Positions 23,820 through 36,645 of a DNA stretch of 64,000 bases are shown here, piece after piece. The stretch lies in NCBI GenBank assembly GCA_030141605.1, contig JAQGDQ010000505.1, positions 62,001-126,000 of the forward strand, written 5' to 3'. Numbering within the stretch: the first letter of the stretch is position 1; every line of letters starts with the position of its first letter. The translations under genes and the position numbers were made by a program. This stretch comes from Tubiluchus corallicola (taxonomy: Eukaryota; Animalia; Priapulida). The notes under the pieces are model-generated. The model saw only the letters and a program-made list of their open reading frames with translations, did not search any database and was not told where the DNA came from.

Positions 23820-25168
23820 CTAATAGACGCCCAGAAATAGGTATAAAAAACCTTCAAAAGAATATACAAGAAACGAAATACATTTTTTGATTATCGTCAT
23901 CTACAAATGAACCCGGAAAAAACTATTGCGACTAACACCCACTAACAGCAGCGTAGTTATATCTAGCACCAAAAACACGAAACTAAGAATATTCAACGAA
24001 ACCATATATCATTCTAATACAACAAAATTCTTGGGGCTGGAACTGAACGATAAGCTTAATTGGGAAGACCGCATCGACAATATAATTTGCAAAATGGGCC
24101 AGAGTATATCATTCCTTAAACAAGAAAAGGGCCAGTTTACTATAGATACTAAACTTCTAATATACAAAACGTTAATAATGCCCCATTACGGCTGACATTT
24201 ATTTGCAAGCATTTCTAAAAGCTTAACTGATAGACTAAATAACTAGATAAAACTCGAAATTATGCACTTTAACATGTACTAGGCCACTTTTCTAAAAAGA
24301 CAAATAAACATTATATATTTACACTCAGCCGTTACCAATAACGAAAAATGAAAAACACCTACTACTGTAGAATCAAACGTTTATTACCGTACCTTAATGT
24401 TTTTATTTAAATATATAAATGACGAATTTCCTGCTTTCAAAGAAAATGGTTTATTATTTATGCCCCGTAAACACAAAAACGAAAGCACGTACAAGTAAAA
24501 TATACTTACTTATAAAAAGCACATAAGGACACAAATCAGTAGGCAAAATAACAATCAATTTATGGAACTCATCTCCCTTAAGTACAAAATCAAAAGACGG
24601 ATCTTCAACCTTTAAGAAAGAACTAAAAACCAAATATACTAACTCGCAGTGTACAAAAACGTTTTCTTCTAATACATCAGTAATATGGGAGAATATGATA
24701 AAATTGTTACATTTTAGACTCCTAATATTATAATAGGTGCTATAATATAATAATATGACTTATATCGAAACTTACATGGAGTAAAATGTTTTAGAATTCA
24801 CATCTAATGAATTCTTAGTGATTTCTTGTGTACCTGTTATGTTAAAAATCTTAAGTTATTTTTATTTTGTTTGTTTCGCATATTCACAATATTTTAGAAT
24901 TGTAAATTTTTGGTTATTTAAATTATAATGTTCTACAGTATTTGCATTGCCCATAATTTAATTGCCAATTACACACCTCAATTTAAATTGAGAACGGTGC
25001 CTAAATTAATTTTATTTAATCCTAGCTATTTAAGGGTGGCTGACTAGATAACGTATGGGTTCTTCGCTGCCCTTCTCCCTTGTTACATAATATTGCATGT
25101 ATTCCTATTACTGTATTTTGATAATTCTTGCGGAGTTAATAAATAAATTGAATTGAATTGAATTGAAT
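23820..25168 (+). mobile_element. 5'-truncated, degenerate CR1-clade LINE (RT C-terminus and 3' UTR)
   Basis: HLQMNPEKT and TKFLGLELNDKLNWEDRIDNIICKMGQSISFLKQ...TKLLIYKTLIMPHYG match the post-RT region of CR1/L2 ORF2. 3' stem-loop AGGGTGGCTGACTAGATAA...GCTGCCCT at 25033-25073; (TTGAA)n tail. Confidence 0.8.
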
Positions 25169-25859
25169 TATGTACCTGTACTGTTGAATATCAGTTCCGT
25201 AATAATTCGGGTCCTCAAAAATAGCCCTGGCAATTTTGGGCGACGTCACTCTTTCCATAGTTATTAACCGTATATTGCGACAAATATACTGTAAGTAAGG
25301 GTTTCCGCTATTAGTATGCAATGACCTTTTTTTACCTTTTCTGCCTTTTTGTATTGGTGGTCCGTTTAGCCAGGTTGGTCGAAAACTGAATCTTTTTTGT
25401 TGCGGTTGGTGATGCAAACCAGAGAAGATGTGCACTGTTCGCTTGCTGAAAGGAGGAGCGAGCAACCTAGCGAAATACTGCAACGGATCAAATTGATCTT
25501 CATCATCCACACCTGTAATCACAAACATAATAATGTACGACATGTAAACATGTAATTAAGTTAACGTTAGTGTTAAGCCCTGCTGGATTCTTGCATCAAT
25601 CATTTATGCCACATTTTCCATGCTTAAGTTTGGATCAACAGTGATAATCATAAGCTCTTCACAAAGAAGCCAAAGATTACTCTCAGTAGACGTGCGGAAA
25701 TTCGTGGCGGGGGAAAGGTATTTGTATCTGAAGTGAATTCACCTAGAGAAAAGCTGTCGGCTATTTAGTTTTTGTATAAGACTGGACCTAAATACTTGTG
25801 ACAAAATTATGATACTAGGTCGACACATGAAAAACAAACAAACAAATAAAAAATTTAAG

Positions 25860-26120
25860 TGAATAAATGAATAAAAAACAAATGGCTAGCTGGCTGCCTG
25901 AATGAATGAATGCATGCATGCATGAATGAACGAATGAATCAATGAAGCAATGAACGAATGTACAAATGAATGAACGAACGAACGAACGAACGAACGAACG
26001 AACGAACGAATGAATGAGTGAATGAATCAACGAATGAATGAATGAGTGAATGAACGAATGAATCAATGAATGAATAGATAGATGAACAAATGAAGAACGA
26101 ATGAGTGAATTTACGAACGA
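25860..26120. repeat. (GAAT/GAAC)n tetranucleotide microsatellite
   Basis: Seen directly. Confidence 0.92.
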
Positions 26121-26994
26121 AAAAATCAAGCAAGCGAATAATATGCTGTTTTGTTCTACGGACAGTTTTCACATTTATCTGCTACATAACTGTTCGCATA
26201 TGCATTTAAAATGACTTGGGTCTCGAGGGACACAGCGGTAACTAACGTGATTTTTCTGCAAAGTACTTAACCAAATCCAGAGAAGCAGCTTCTAAATTAG
26301 CTATTATGACATTAGCTCTATCAATTAATTAATTTTAGTGAGAAACCCCCGCTAATAGTGATTTAAGACGAGCTATCCAAGCCTACATAATGAAATTATC
26401 ACGCCTCGCCGATATTATCATCAACGGTAATTGAATCGGTACTTATTGTCAAGAAAGGCAAGCAAAAGGTGAACTAACTCAACTCCCATGTTGCTTGTTC
26501 TGTTGTAAGTAATGATATCATCTATATATCATCACGAAAAATTATACGCAAAAAGTTACTTCATATTTGTATTTTTAACAACTATATTTCATCAAAGAAA
26601 TATAGACTGCACGAACTTCTTTTATGACTTTGACGTAAAAAATTCAGGTTAGCAGTACAGTCTATTTATCTGATGATGCCTGCTAGTATGGGAACTTCTG
26701 AAATTGTATTATTGAGACTATAAAGGGCATTGCTTTCTTTTATGTTAAGCATGACAAGTCTCGGGAGACCTCTCCCATATTTTATAGCTTTGTCTTAAAA
26801 ACTGATCATCTTTCCGAAGTAAAATTATTATTCTTTCTAATTTCTAATCTCCAACTGATGATCGTAGGCGTGATAATTTCGAAGCAATAGGGTTATTTCA
26901 TTGATATACTGTGTTTGTTACTTAACCGTTTTTTAGTAATAGACTCTTGACATTTGCAAACCCCTAATCGAGCGTTGAGGCAGAAAACACAGAT

Positions 26995-27237
<243 letters not shown>

Positions 27238-27268
27238 TCGTATATATTAATTTCGGTGGTATACATAT

Positions 27269-27662
27269 TGTACTGCAGGGCTGTGATGAGGTAGTGTAAT
27301 ACTGGCAGGAGAATACAGCTGACTTCTCAGGTGTGCGTGTGAACGTGGCTTTAACTACCACATAGACGCTTATTCTGACCTTGTGTTAGTGGGAGCCACT
27401 AATCACGTGCACACCTGAGCTTATAAAAAGGGTAGGTCTGCTGTAGATCCTTGTCAGTGGTCAGTGGTCGTCTCATCTCATCTCAGCTCTGTTCGCACTT
27501 CAGGCTTTGCTCCAATCGGTAAGCTATTTGGAACGTTTCTTTTTTTAGGTAATAAATCGTCACTTTTATTTTATTATTTTGGTTTTGGTTTTTGAGACAC
27601 GCCGCACGGTGTAGGCCGCGGTGCAATCCGTTCTGCCTCCACTAAACGCGGAGAGCAGTCCA
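27269..27662 (+). mobile_element. Solo LTR (394 bp)
   Basis: Imperfect inverted termini TGTACTGC...GCAGTCCA; ATAT TSD at 27265-27268 and 27663-27666; TATAAAA at 27422, TCAGT Inr-like at 27454, AATAAA at 27551. Removing it restores the repeat seen at 28512-28578. Confidence 0.8.
27320..27525 (+). promoter_or_regulatory. Candidate Pol II promoter in the solo LTR
   Basis: Clustered E-boxes (CAGCTG, CAGGTG, CACGTG, CACCTG), TATAAAA, TCAGT about 32 bp downstream, and a G|GTAAGC donor at 27519. Confidence 0.45.
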
Positions 27663-28319
27663 ATATATATAAAACCGACGAGGCTACAGCTCCAATGACG
27701 ACACCATTTTCGGCGATCTATACATCAAACGAAAGGTTCGGACTCACAGACTTGCCATTGGGGTTTTATTTTTCGAATTGGGAGGAACGGGGGCCAAAAA
27801 ACCAGCATTTTTGCAAAACTTATACCTCTTATTTCTAGAGATTCGGAACGGGCAGCGGGTGTGCAGGAGGGCCACTGCGTCCCGTGGCGGGCGTACTCCC
27901 GGACCCAACCACACAAATTTTGCAAAAAACTGCTCAACCACCCTCTAGAAAAACTCAATTTGTGCAAGCGTTTGGGCGTGTTAGGAAAAAAATAAATACA
28001 CTCACAGAAAGAGGACGAGCCGGTCTACAAAATGCCGAAGGTTTTGTTGAAAGTGATGACCACTAGACGAAACGGGAGGGGTGTATTTCAAAGTTCTTTT
28101 TAAACCCCCCTAAGCTGCACGCTATTTGGAACATCCAATGTCCGTGCATTATTGATCATTGGTAGACAGAATAAGAGCTTTTATTATAGCACACAGTTTC
28201 GACTTTGTGCAAAATATTCTGAGTGGTTTCGGCGTGATACTGTACTGTTGGTGCTGGTGCTGTTTCATCATTGTTGGCGTCACCGTCATCATCGCCATAA
28301 ACATCATGATCACCATGTG

Positions 28320-28475
28320 ATGTGGTGGGTGTTGTTTGGTTTAGTGTGGTCTGGGTGGTGTGGTGTTGGTGATGTGGTGGTAGGGGTGTGGATGTGGTGT
28401 AGAGTGATATGGTGTGGGTCGTGTGTTGCGAGTGGAGCGGTGGGTTGGTGAGGTGTGGTGTGGGTTGTTGTTGTG
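28320..28475. repeat. GT-rich (TGGTG)-like low-complexity tract
   Basis: Seen directly; explains several spurious ORFs. Confidence 0.85.
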
Positions 28476-31400
28476 AGTCTGGGCAAAATTCTTTTTGCGG
28501 GGTTTGGCTGGTCGCATATAATAATTTCGGTGGTATATATATAATCGACGAGCATACACCTCCAACGACGGCACCATTCACTATGTATTTATGTAACAAA
28601 AGGCTCATTACGTAACAATGCAGTATTATGTAATAAATGACAAAATTCATTATGATAAATGTAACAAATTTTGAGTCACTATGCAGTAATCATTACGTAC
28701 CAATTTTTGCGCCATTGTGTAACAATCATTACGTAACAAAATGATGCCTTATCTAACAAACTAACACAAAGTTGGGTGTGATCTGAAAATAAGGCTTGGG
28801 CTTGCTCTAATTATTGGACTTGATCAGTTGTCTGTGATCTGATCTGCCTTTTGTAACATAACTACAACAACATTGCCAATGGTTTATATAATTTTTTCCC
28901 AGGAAAGGTGCACTATAAACCCAAAAAAACATCAGTAGTGAAACTAGTAAATTCTTAAGACATGAGCATGCCAGAAATAACTGATAAATAACTGTTAAAA
29001 CCTGTGGGCCTAATTACAACTAATAAACGGATCCATGAATTGAGCGAATTAATAACAGATAATTACGGATAATTTTATCTCACACTTGCGCCTGCAGCAC
29101 GTTGTGCTAATGTGTAATAGGATAAGCATACAAGTTCTACATATATTTCAATGCCGTTCTACGGTTATACTACTTTTTGCTCTAAGCGTTTAATGATAAT
29201 GCATTGGAAGACCCTATTACTTTTTAATTAGAAATTGGTAAATGGAAGTATGTGGTTTCGTTGTGTTGCAAATTACTTTTAGTTTGAGCAATTTACACCC
29301 CGAGATAATGCATTATATTTTACGATTAGATTTTGCTACTGCATCTATAATCAGAACAACGCGAAATTGCATATTAAATCAAGTTGCAACAATTACGCCG
29401 TCTTCAGCTGGAGCAGCTATTTGTAAAACATGATTCGGAAATTGATCTTGCTATATTACAATGAATATAGGCAATTTCTGTAGGCGTGCTTTCTTCCAAA
29501 AAACTAACATTCATAATAAAATTGGCACGAAATTTCATAAAATCATTACAGTATTATAGGACGCGTCATACACATGAAAAAATACCTCTTTGAAAGACGT
29601 TTCTTACAAAATGCTTAAAAATTAAAGCGATGGAGTGAGTGATAATAGAAATAAAAGCCTTAAACATGAAAGAAACACTTATAAATAATAATAATTGTAA
29701 ATAGATATCACAAGACAAGACGCAAAGTGTGGATGAACGGAGTTTATAATGATGAAGTTGTATTAATGTTTGTTTGTGTTGTTTATAAAGATCATAATAT
29801 ATATACAGAATAAGAAGTAGAAATGCTATTAATGCGTTTGTAGAAATTGTTAAAAATGCTAAAGAGGAAAATATAGCCGAAAAAACGTGGAGTTTATTTT
29901 TAAAAATGTGAAGTCCAGTTACTGTCATTTTATATAATTAGATTGCTACCCGTCAATGAAAATATAAAAGCAAGAGTTATTTATAAAATTAGGTAAATAT
30001 AAATTTAAATGTAAATCTAGCTATGTTGCTTATAGTTGTTGATGTGTTTTTGTATATAAGCGTTTTACTGTTATCGTAGTCACCAGTGATAGTAAAAGGG
30101 ATAATTGTAATTATTTTCTAACTTATTATAATAATGTTCATACTGGTCCCTGCAAATAGAGGGAATTTATGTATATTATGTATGTATTTATGTTAATATA
30201 TATAATAAAATAGAGTTATAATAATAATAATAATATAAAGATCATGATTTTTTACGCCTGTTACGTCACAGACTAACAAGGCGTGTGAACGACGGCGAAG
30301 ACAGGAAGTCGCCATATAAGATTTGGAGCTGTATAATACAACCTCATTTGTATATATGTTATCAGTTATCTCACTTATCTGCCATTTGGCAGTTGCGTGT
30401 ACATAAATGTCACTTTGTCTTACTTTATATCAATAAAGCTTCGTACATCGTTACGTTTGCACACAGAGCATTTCTGTACGTATTCAAAATCGTAAAACAT
30501 TGCATCCAAATAGAAAGCGATTTACATGAGAACAAAATCGTATTTATGCATTTATTTTATGCATTTATCTTGGGAATTCCTACAATAAGTGAATTTTATA
30601 TACGTTACGTACCGCTAGTAAAATTCTAACGGCATAGCCCACGTGTAAACAAAATTGATTTCTTTTGAAGCGTTCGCGTAGACATTATGCGCCATATGTG
30701 ATAGGATCCCAGGTGTATTGTACCCTCCATATTGTGAGATTTGCTTTAAATTCGCACTGTAAGACAGCAGACAACAAACAATGTAAATTAAGATTGCAAA
30801 ATATTTGTTTGTTATTTTCCATTGTTGAGCCGGGAATAGAATATTCTAGTGAGTTTTACTACAAAGAGAGGTGAAATTATCCTACTAGTGGGATGCCATC
30901 TTACCCGGGAAGTCAATTCACTCGAAAACCACGATTTTTCAAAAAACGCAGGGATAATTTTCAAACTTTTGGGAAATTGGAAATGTCCTCTTCATTATCT
31001 TTCTGTTAACTTAAAATATCAACACGGCAACATGTAAATAATGATTATGGATCATAAAAACAAAAGCAAATATGACACAGTGCTGATCACCTGGGAGGAA
31101 AGCATTTCGTTAATGCTTCTTCGTAATATTAAATCTTATTAGTCTCCTGTTATGTTGCTGAAGAAGTCTTAACGTGGAATGATTAAAGCACGAGAGCGAT
31201 AGCTATTGGGCAGAATTATAGAACGTAGGTACGATTAGCGGGCATTTGACCAAAAAGCTTTTACCATTTTCAGTATGCTGCTATCAGATCTCTTTAACCA
31301 ATCAAGCAATTCTACTTTGGAATTACAGGTTAAATTAATCAGGCCCTATCAGCATATAAAACAAATTTAAAATCACTAACATTAACCAAACACGAAATAC

Positions 31401-32949
31401 CATCACACTAGTACGACAACATGCACACCAATTCGAAATTTCTATGTCGACGACCATATTAATTGAAACAATCATAATTTTTAATGTTTGTAAATAGTTG
31501 TAAATACCTTTTACTTTTAGTCGTCATTAAATTTTGTTCCTACTCTTTTCGGATTACTGCACAGTAGTTTAGATTGCACTGGCGCATTTGCTTTTAGCAG
31601 TGTAAGTTTTTATTAACTAACACCGATTGGTCATCTCTGTAAAGTCTTTTTTTCAAATATATATATATATATACTGTGTCTTAGAGAACACTCACATTAC
31701 CCCCGTTTAAACCGCTTAATTATAGATTATTATCTTGATTAGTTTACATAGATAATTGCACTGCTTAATATTGTTTGTTTGTTTTCACTGTTGTTTTATG
31801 TGTGTAAATATGTAAAATATATTTGTTTACAATTACAATTAATCGTTTCTCTTTTTGGCAGTTATTAAACGCAAGTAAGTGCAGTGGTTTACACATAAAT
31901 ACGTATCTCTTTTTTATTCAAGCTTTTTCGGTTTTGGTTACTAAAGAAAGGGTAATTTAGGAACCTCGGACACTACGTAAACTCATACCAGCATGAGACG
32001 GCTATTTAAACTTTTCGGTTCAGCCATTGTGCAGGTTGCTAACGCAAAGGGCCTGCATATATAACGAAAACATGGTTTTTGAACTCGAATATTTCTGTTT
32101 CCCTTATTATTAAAAACTTATGGCAAATCAATATACAGACGTTGTGATTTTTTTATTCAAGCAACGTTTTAACGATTTTTACAACTTGCATTTTTTTAGT
32201 TTCATTTATCATAAATAAGCGTCAAAATGCCCCCCCAAAAAAAGTAAATGAGGCGCATGGTACAGCCCCTTATGTATTCCTGCTCGCTTTTTGTGCTAAA
32301 ATTGATTTCTGTCGCAAATTTTGTCAACTTGGAGTGCTGAATTGAAAAATAATAAGTACATTTTTTCACTCACATTAGCTGCCATCTTGAATTTCACAAT
32401 GGCGGCAGCCATTATTTAATAATAAAGCTTCTCGCTGAGTTTCTCATTGTTGTTGGGTTCAATTTTTTCGGTATGGAATTGGGGTGAACTAAATGTGCAA
32501 TAAATATTTGAAAATAGTGGGCGTGACAGGGGTAAAATGTCCAAATTCATGGATATATTTTTGACGCTCAACCCCTGTTACAGCGTTACCCTTGGAAAAG
32601 TTGAGCGACCAGCATAATTTTTAAATACTAGTGGCGGTTATTTGAAATCCAAGATCGAAGCCGAAGACGTTCACGAAAAAAATGACACCTGTTGTTGACG
32701 TAGTCAACCAAAGTTGACGTAAATGACCGCAAAAATGTATTTTGACACAAAAATCGAGCTAGGCCCAAATTTCAGTGCACTGTACTAACAGAAAAATTAA
32801 CACGGTTGTAACAGTCACTGATCCATTCTCTTATATTCAGATGTAGTCTTATAGTGTAAACTGCTCAAACGTTTAAATTCGTGATTTATATAAGAAGAGC
32901 TTTGTAGATTAACGTATATTAATTAATGCAATATTTGTTAATTCATCTG

Positions 32950-33860
32950 TTTGGAATATATTAATTTTATTTTTATAGATGTACAAAGCAAGCATATTTA
33001 CAAGAGCACACACACGAAGAAAAAATATTGATCATGCACTGATAACGGAGGAAGTTAGAATTTTGCAATTGTGAGGGTTGTCCAGTAAAACCTTCCCCTA
33101 AATTATTTCGTAACTCTTCATCTTGGTATAGGCGTCTGTAAAAAAAGATCCTCATTATCGTATTGCGCAGCTTCTCTTCTTTCAAAAGAGATAACCCAAG
33201 AAGCGCTGCTAGGAAGTTTTTTTACATGGTGTTCTTCTAGGCATTTTTACTCACTGGTGGAACACCCTGTACAAAACGGGATACTATAACGGCACTGATT
33301 GGAAGAAATTTTATAGTTTTTTTAATCAGGAGAAAGCGGGATACACGATAATGTGTATCCCTTTTACGAACGCCTGTACCAGGTTGAAGAGTTTATTTGG
33401 GGAACGTTTTTCTCGGCGATCCTGTATATTTGCCTTAAAATTTTGCATACCGTTTTCCGTTAATTGGACTGTTGAATAATCAAGCTATTATTCCAGACTT
33501 TCAGCTGTAATAGTGTTGATTAGAAAATTCTGCTGTGATAGTTAATTACAAAGTACCACGAGAAAGTTTATAAGTAAGAGGATACCTGTTTTTCTGTCGC
33601 TCTGAATCTTTTCTTCTAATTCATCAAGTGCTGTGCGGGTTGATGCTGTGACTACAATCAAGGTCAGGCCAAACATGCAAAAGTTTGCGTACTTCATCGT
33701 TCCCAAGGCTAGAGTTTACAACGACTTTCTCCGAACTAAGCAGTCTGATAGAATATACCCGAAGTAATCCAATAGCTATTTTTGTCTTTCACAGTCGCCC
33801 TATGCACTTTTCCGTTATCAATCAGCGTTTCTAAAAGCTACTAACAAGATGTAGGTTTGT
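32950..33860 (-). mobile_element. Highly degenerate LINE (L2/CR1-like) relic
   Basis: Minus-strand fragments such as LDYFGYIL and LVQAFVKG resemble post-RT motifs (KYLG.., LVHAFV..); many stops. Confidence 0.4.
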
Positions 33861-34779
33861 GCGCAAATTGAATAAGGATCAAGTCTCACTTATGATTACA
33901 ATAGCTACCCGTTAATGGATGTTGTATTGTCCACGTCCATTTGTTTCTCACCTGTGACATCAGCTGCCATTCTTCGCCCGAAGCGAAAGAACTGCGGCTT
34001 CTCGCATAAGTTCCTAGTGCATTGCGAGGGCGTGGGGGTGTCGCGCGCATTGCGCCCGGGTTTACCCCACTGCTGTTTATAACTCCGGCACGGCTAAATC
34101 CAGCTCGGGATCTTAGGAGCAACAAGCTTTAAATGTTAGCTTTTCTGCTGCAAAGGTGGCAATTTATCTTCTCGAACTTGCTACAGGACAGCTTTTTAAG
34201 CTCGCTCGTATACTTTCAGGTTAAAAGTCTCAACTGCTTGTGTAGAAATTAGATTGGAAGTTAATTTGCTTACGCTAATACCTAATTTGTTGAAAGGTGC
34301 TCTATGTTTGCTAATTTGCCGTGCAAGAGCTCATAAACAACTTTGTTTGACATATATTAACCCCGTAGCATCTTTATTACTGCTGTAATCATCTTGACAT
34401 TTGATGTTTTATGCAGCAGCTTATTTGCCATAGCACTTTGCTCTTGTAAATGCTAGTATTTTAAATTTTCTTCAAATACAGACTGCTTATCATTGTCATC
34501 AATACAGACAGCGTCCGCTGTCCGCCCATGATAATGGTGATGATGCTTTTTCAACTGGAAGATGGATGCAAGATTGATTCTTTGCGCGTTTGAAACATTT
34601 ATCATTATATGGCATATATTTAATATTGTGTCATTAATGTATAAACTTAAAAATATAACCAGGTTCGAAAAGTATTAAAATAATAGATAAAATGGTCTCG
34701 TTAATAAATTTTTTAGTCATTTTTGGTCGATAATCATATTAAAAATAGCATTAATAATATACAGTTATTTGTTATTCAT

Positions 34780-35187
34780 TTAGTTTAAAACCAGTATGGC
34801 CTTACAGGTACATGCAACTTTGCTTCTTTTAGTGTCACTATTGCATTGTCAAATTAATTTGTTAGCTATTTTGCTTTTAATTAGTTAGTTTTGCCCATAG
34901 AACTCATTTGCTTTACTAATTTTGTTTTGCGTAAATTTGCATAATTTTATTTACCATAATTGTTTGCTATTAATTAAATTTTGATCTGTTTTCCTATTCA
35001 AATCTTTATTTTGTTCTAACAATATTTGCTCGCCATGCCGAAATTAGTAGACTCACTATTTAGGGATGGCAGACTAGATGATCTTTTGGTCTTTCGCCAT
35101 CCCGCCCTTCTTTAATCTTTGTAAATCATTGTTATATACTATCTATGACTGTTATTTTGAAGGCAAAAAATAAATTATTATTATTAT
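34780..35187 (+). mobile_element. CR1-type LINE 3' end
   Basis: GGGATGGC-AGACTAGATGATCTTTTGGTCTTTC-GCCATCCC stem-loop at 35063-35103 (CR1 GACTAGATGATC motif), related to 25033-25073; AATAAA and (TTA)n tail. Confidence 0.65.
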
Positions 35188-36532
35188 AAACGTGTGTGCA
35201 TGCGTGCGTGTGTGAGGGTGTGGAGTGCATGTTTGTGTGTATTCTTATAATTAAGTTCAACTTTGTCGACAACTAGAGGCCCATTTATTATGTAAATTGT
35301 ATTTTAAAATAAGATTCATCATCATCATCATCATCGTCAAATCCAGCACTCAGTGGCAAGGCCTGCTCAGAATGAAACCGTGTGGCGGGACCGGATCTTG
35401 TCGACAAGAATCACTACCGAGGATAATCCTCTAAGACACTGAACCAGCAGATGTCAGGTATTTTAGCCACGTTTCGATGACACAAATCCTCCTTCAAGAA
35501 AAACCAGTATGGCGAACATAATAGTCAATAGCAAGTACGTATTGACACCTTAAAAAACTTCGACCAGCAAGTCACTACGTTAATAACTTGATGACGGATG
35601 ACGGTGTATCAAATATAACATGAACTACAATGACTGGTTCATATGACTGGTTCAAATACAGAGAAAAGAAATTTTTCGACCAATAAACACTTTTTGAACG
35701 ATTATTGTTCATCCACAACTTACCATAAATCTATCAAAAAATGTGGTGTGATTGATTTTCGGATAAATATAAAACAGTGCAAGTCCATCAAATGTTGTTC
35801 ATTGAAATATATTGAGATAACTGGTAATTCAGAGTTCGTCTTAAAATGCAGAACTTCTAATTTACTAGCAAAAAATATCTTTTTTATTTTCTTGCTTTGT
35901 ATCACTTATTGATAACCTACCATCAAGAACCGACTGGTAGGCTTTGTCCTTTGGTTTGATTTTCTATTTCACAATAAAAGCTCATAAGTGGTTATACTGA
36001 GACTTAATTTTTTGGGTTTGTTGTGAGCTCACAAGAATTTAACTTAAGATTAATCAATCAGAATTTTTATATTTCTGGTTTTCAATCACCAAAATGATTT
36101 CAGATAACTAGATATCACGACTTCCACATATCTTCTTTACACAAACACCATCCATCCACAGTTTCAAATTATTCCACATAAAAGCTATAGCTAATCAATA
36201 GTAAATATCAATTTTCTTTCCAAATTTTACAAATAATCAAACAAGTTCATTACTTCTTTAATGTCGCATAGCACAGTCATTATGAATTTCACTGAAACCC
36301 ATTTTGCAACACTCTAACGATGAATAAACACAATCCTTTAAACTACTGACAAGAAGGAACATAGAAATAAATGACAGGTTCATATAATAACAATTTCTGT
36401 ATTTGTACTTACATGTGTACAGTAATTTCACTTCAAAATTACAAAAATAGTTTTTGCAAAAATAAAAAAATTCAACGTATTTTAGCAAATAAACTGAAAT
36501 ATTATTAATAAATTAGATAATATTTTGAAAAG

Positions 36533-36645
36533 TCAAAACTCTAACAAATTAAAGCTCTGTATATCTGCTGAAGAACTTGTTCCAGAAGAGTGGCCATCTG
36601 TATTTGACAGATCTGGAGATGGTGGGACCAACTCAACATTCTCAC
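36533..36645 (-). CDS. HAUS6: HAUS6 terminal exon (ENVELVPPSPDLS...SFNLLEF*)
   Basis: TTTTCAG| acceptor, phase 1, TGA at 36533-36535. Confidence 0.7.

Larger units (their letters stand above)
27238..28578. mobile_element. Unclassified unit bounded by ~70-bp direct repeats (left repeat interrupted by a solo LTR)
   Basis: Left: TCGTATATATTAATTTCGGTGGTATAC[ATAT+LTR]ATATATATAAAACCGACGAGGCTACAGCTCCAATGACGACACCATT. Right (28512-28578): TCGCATATAATAATTTCGGTGGTATATATATAATCGACGAGCATACACCTCCAACGACGGCACCATT. Confidence 0.6.

Noticed and set aside
25136-25543. 135-aa minus-strand ORF
   Set aside because: No recognisable homology or splice partners, and it runs into a LINE simple-repeat tail.
28050-28075. 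GTGATGA...CGAAAC as a hammerhead ribozyme
   Set aside because: It lacks C3 of CUGANGA, and stem II does not pair.
28152-28650. Cluster of 68-164-aa ORFs
   Set aside because: They come from a GT-rich low-complexity tract and show no recognisable domain.
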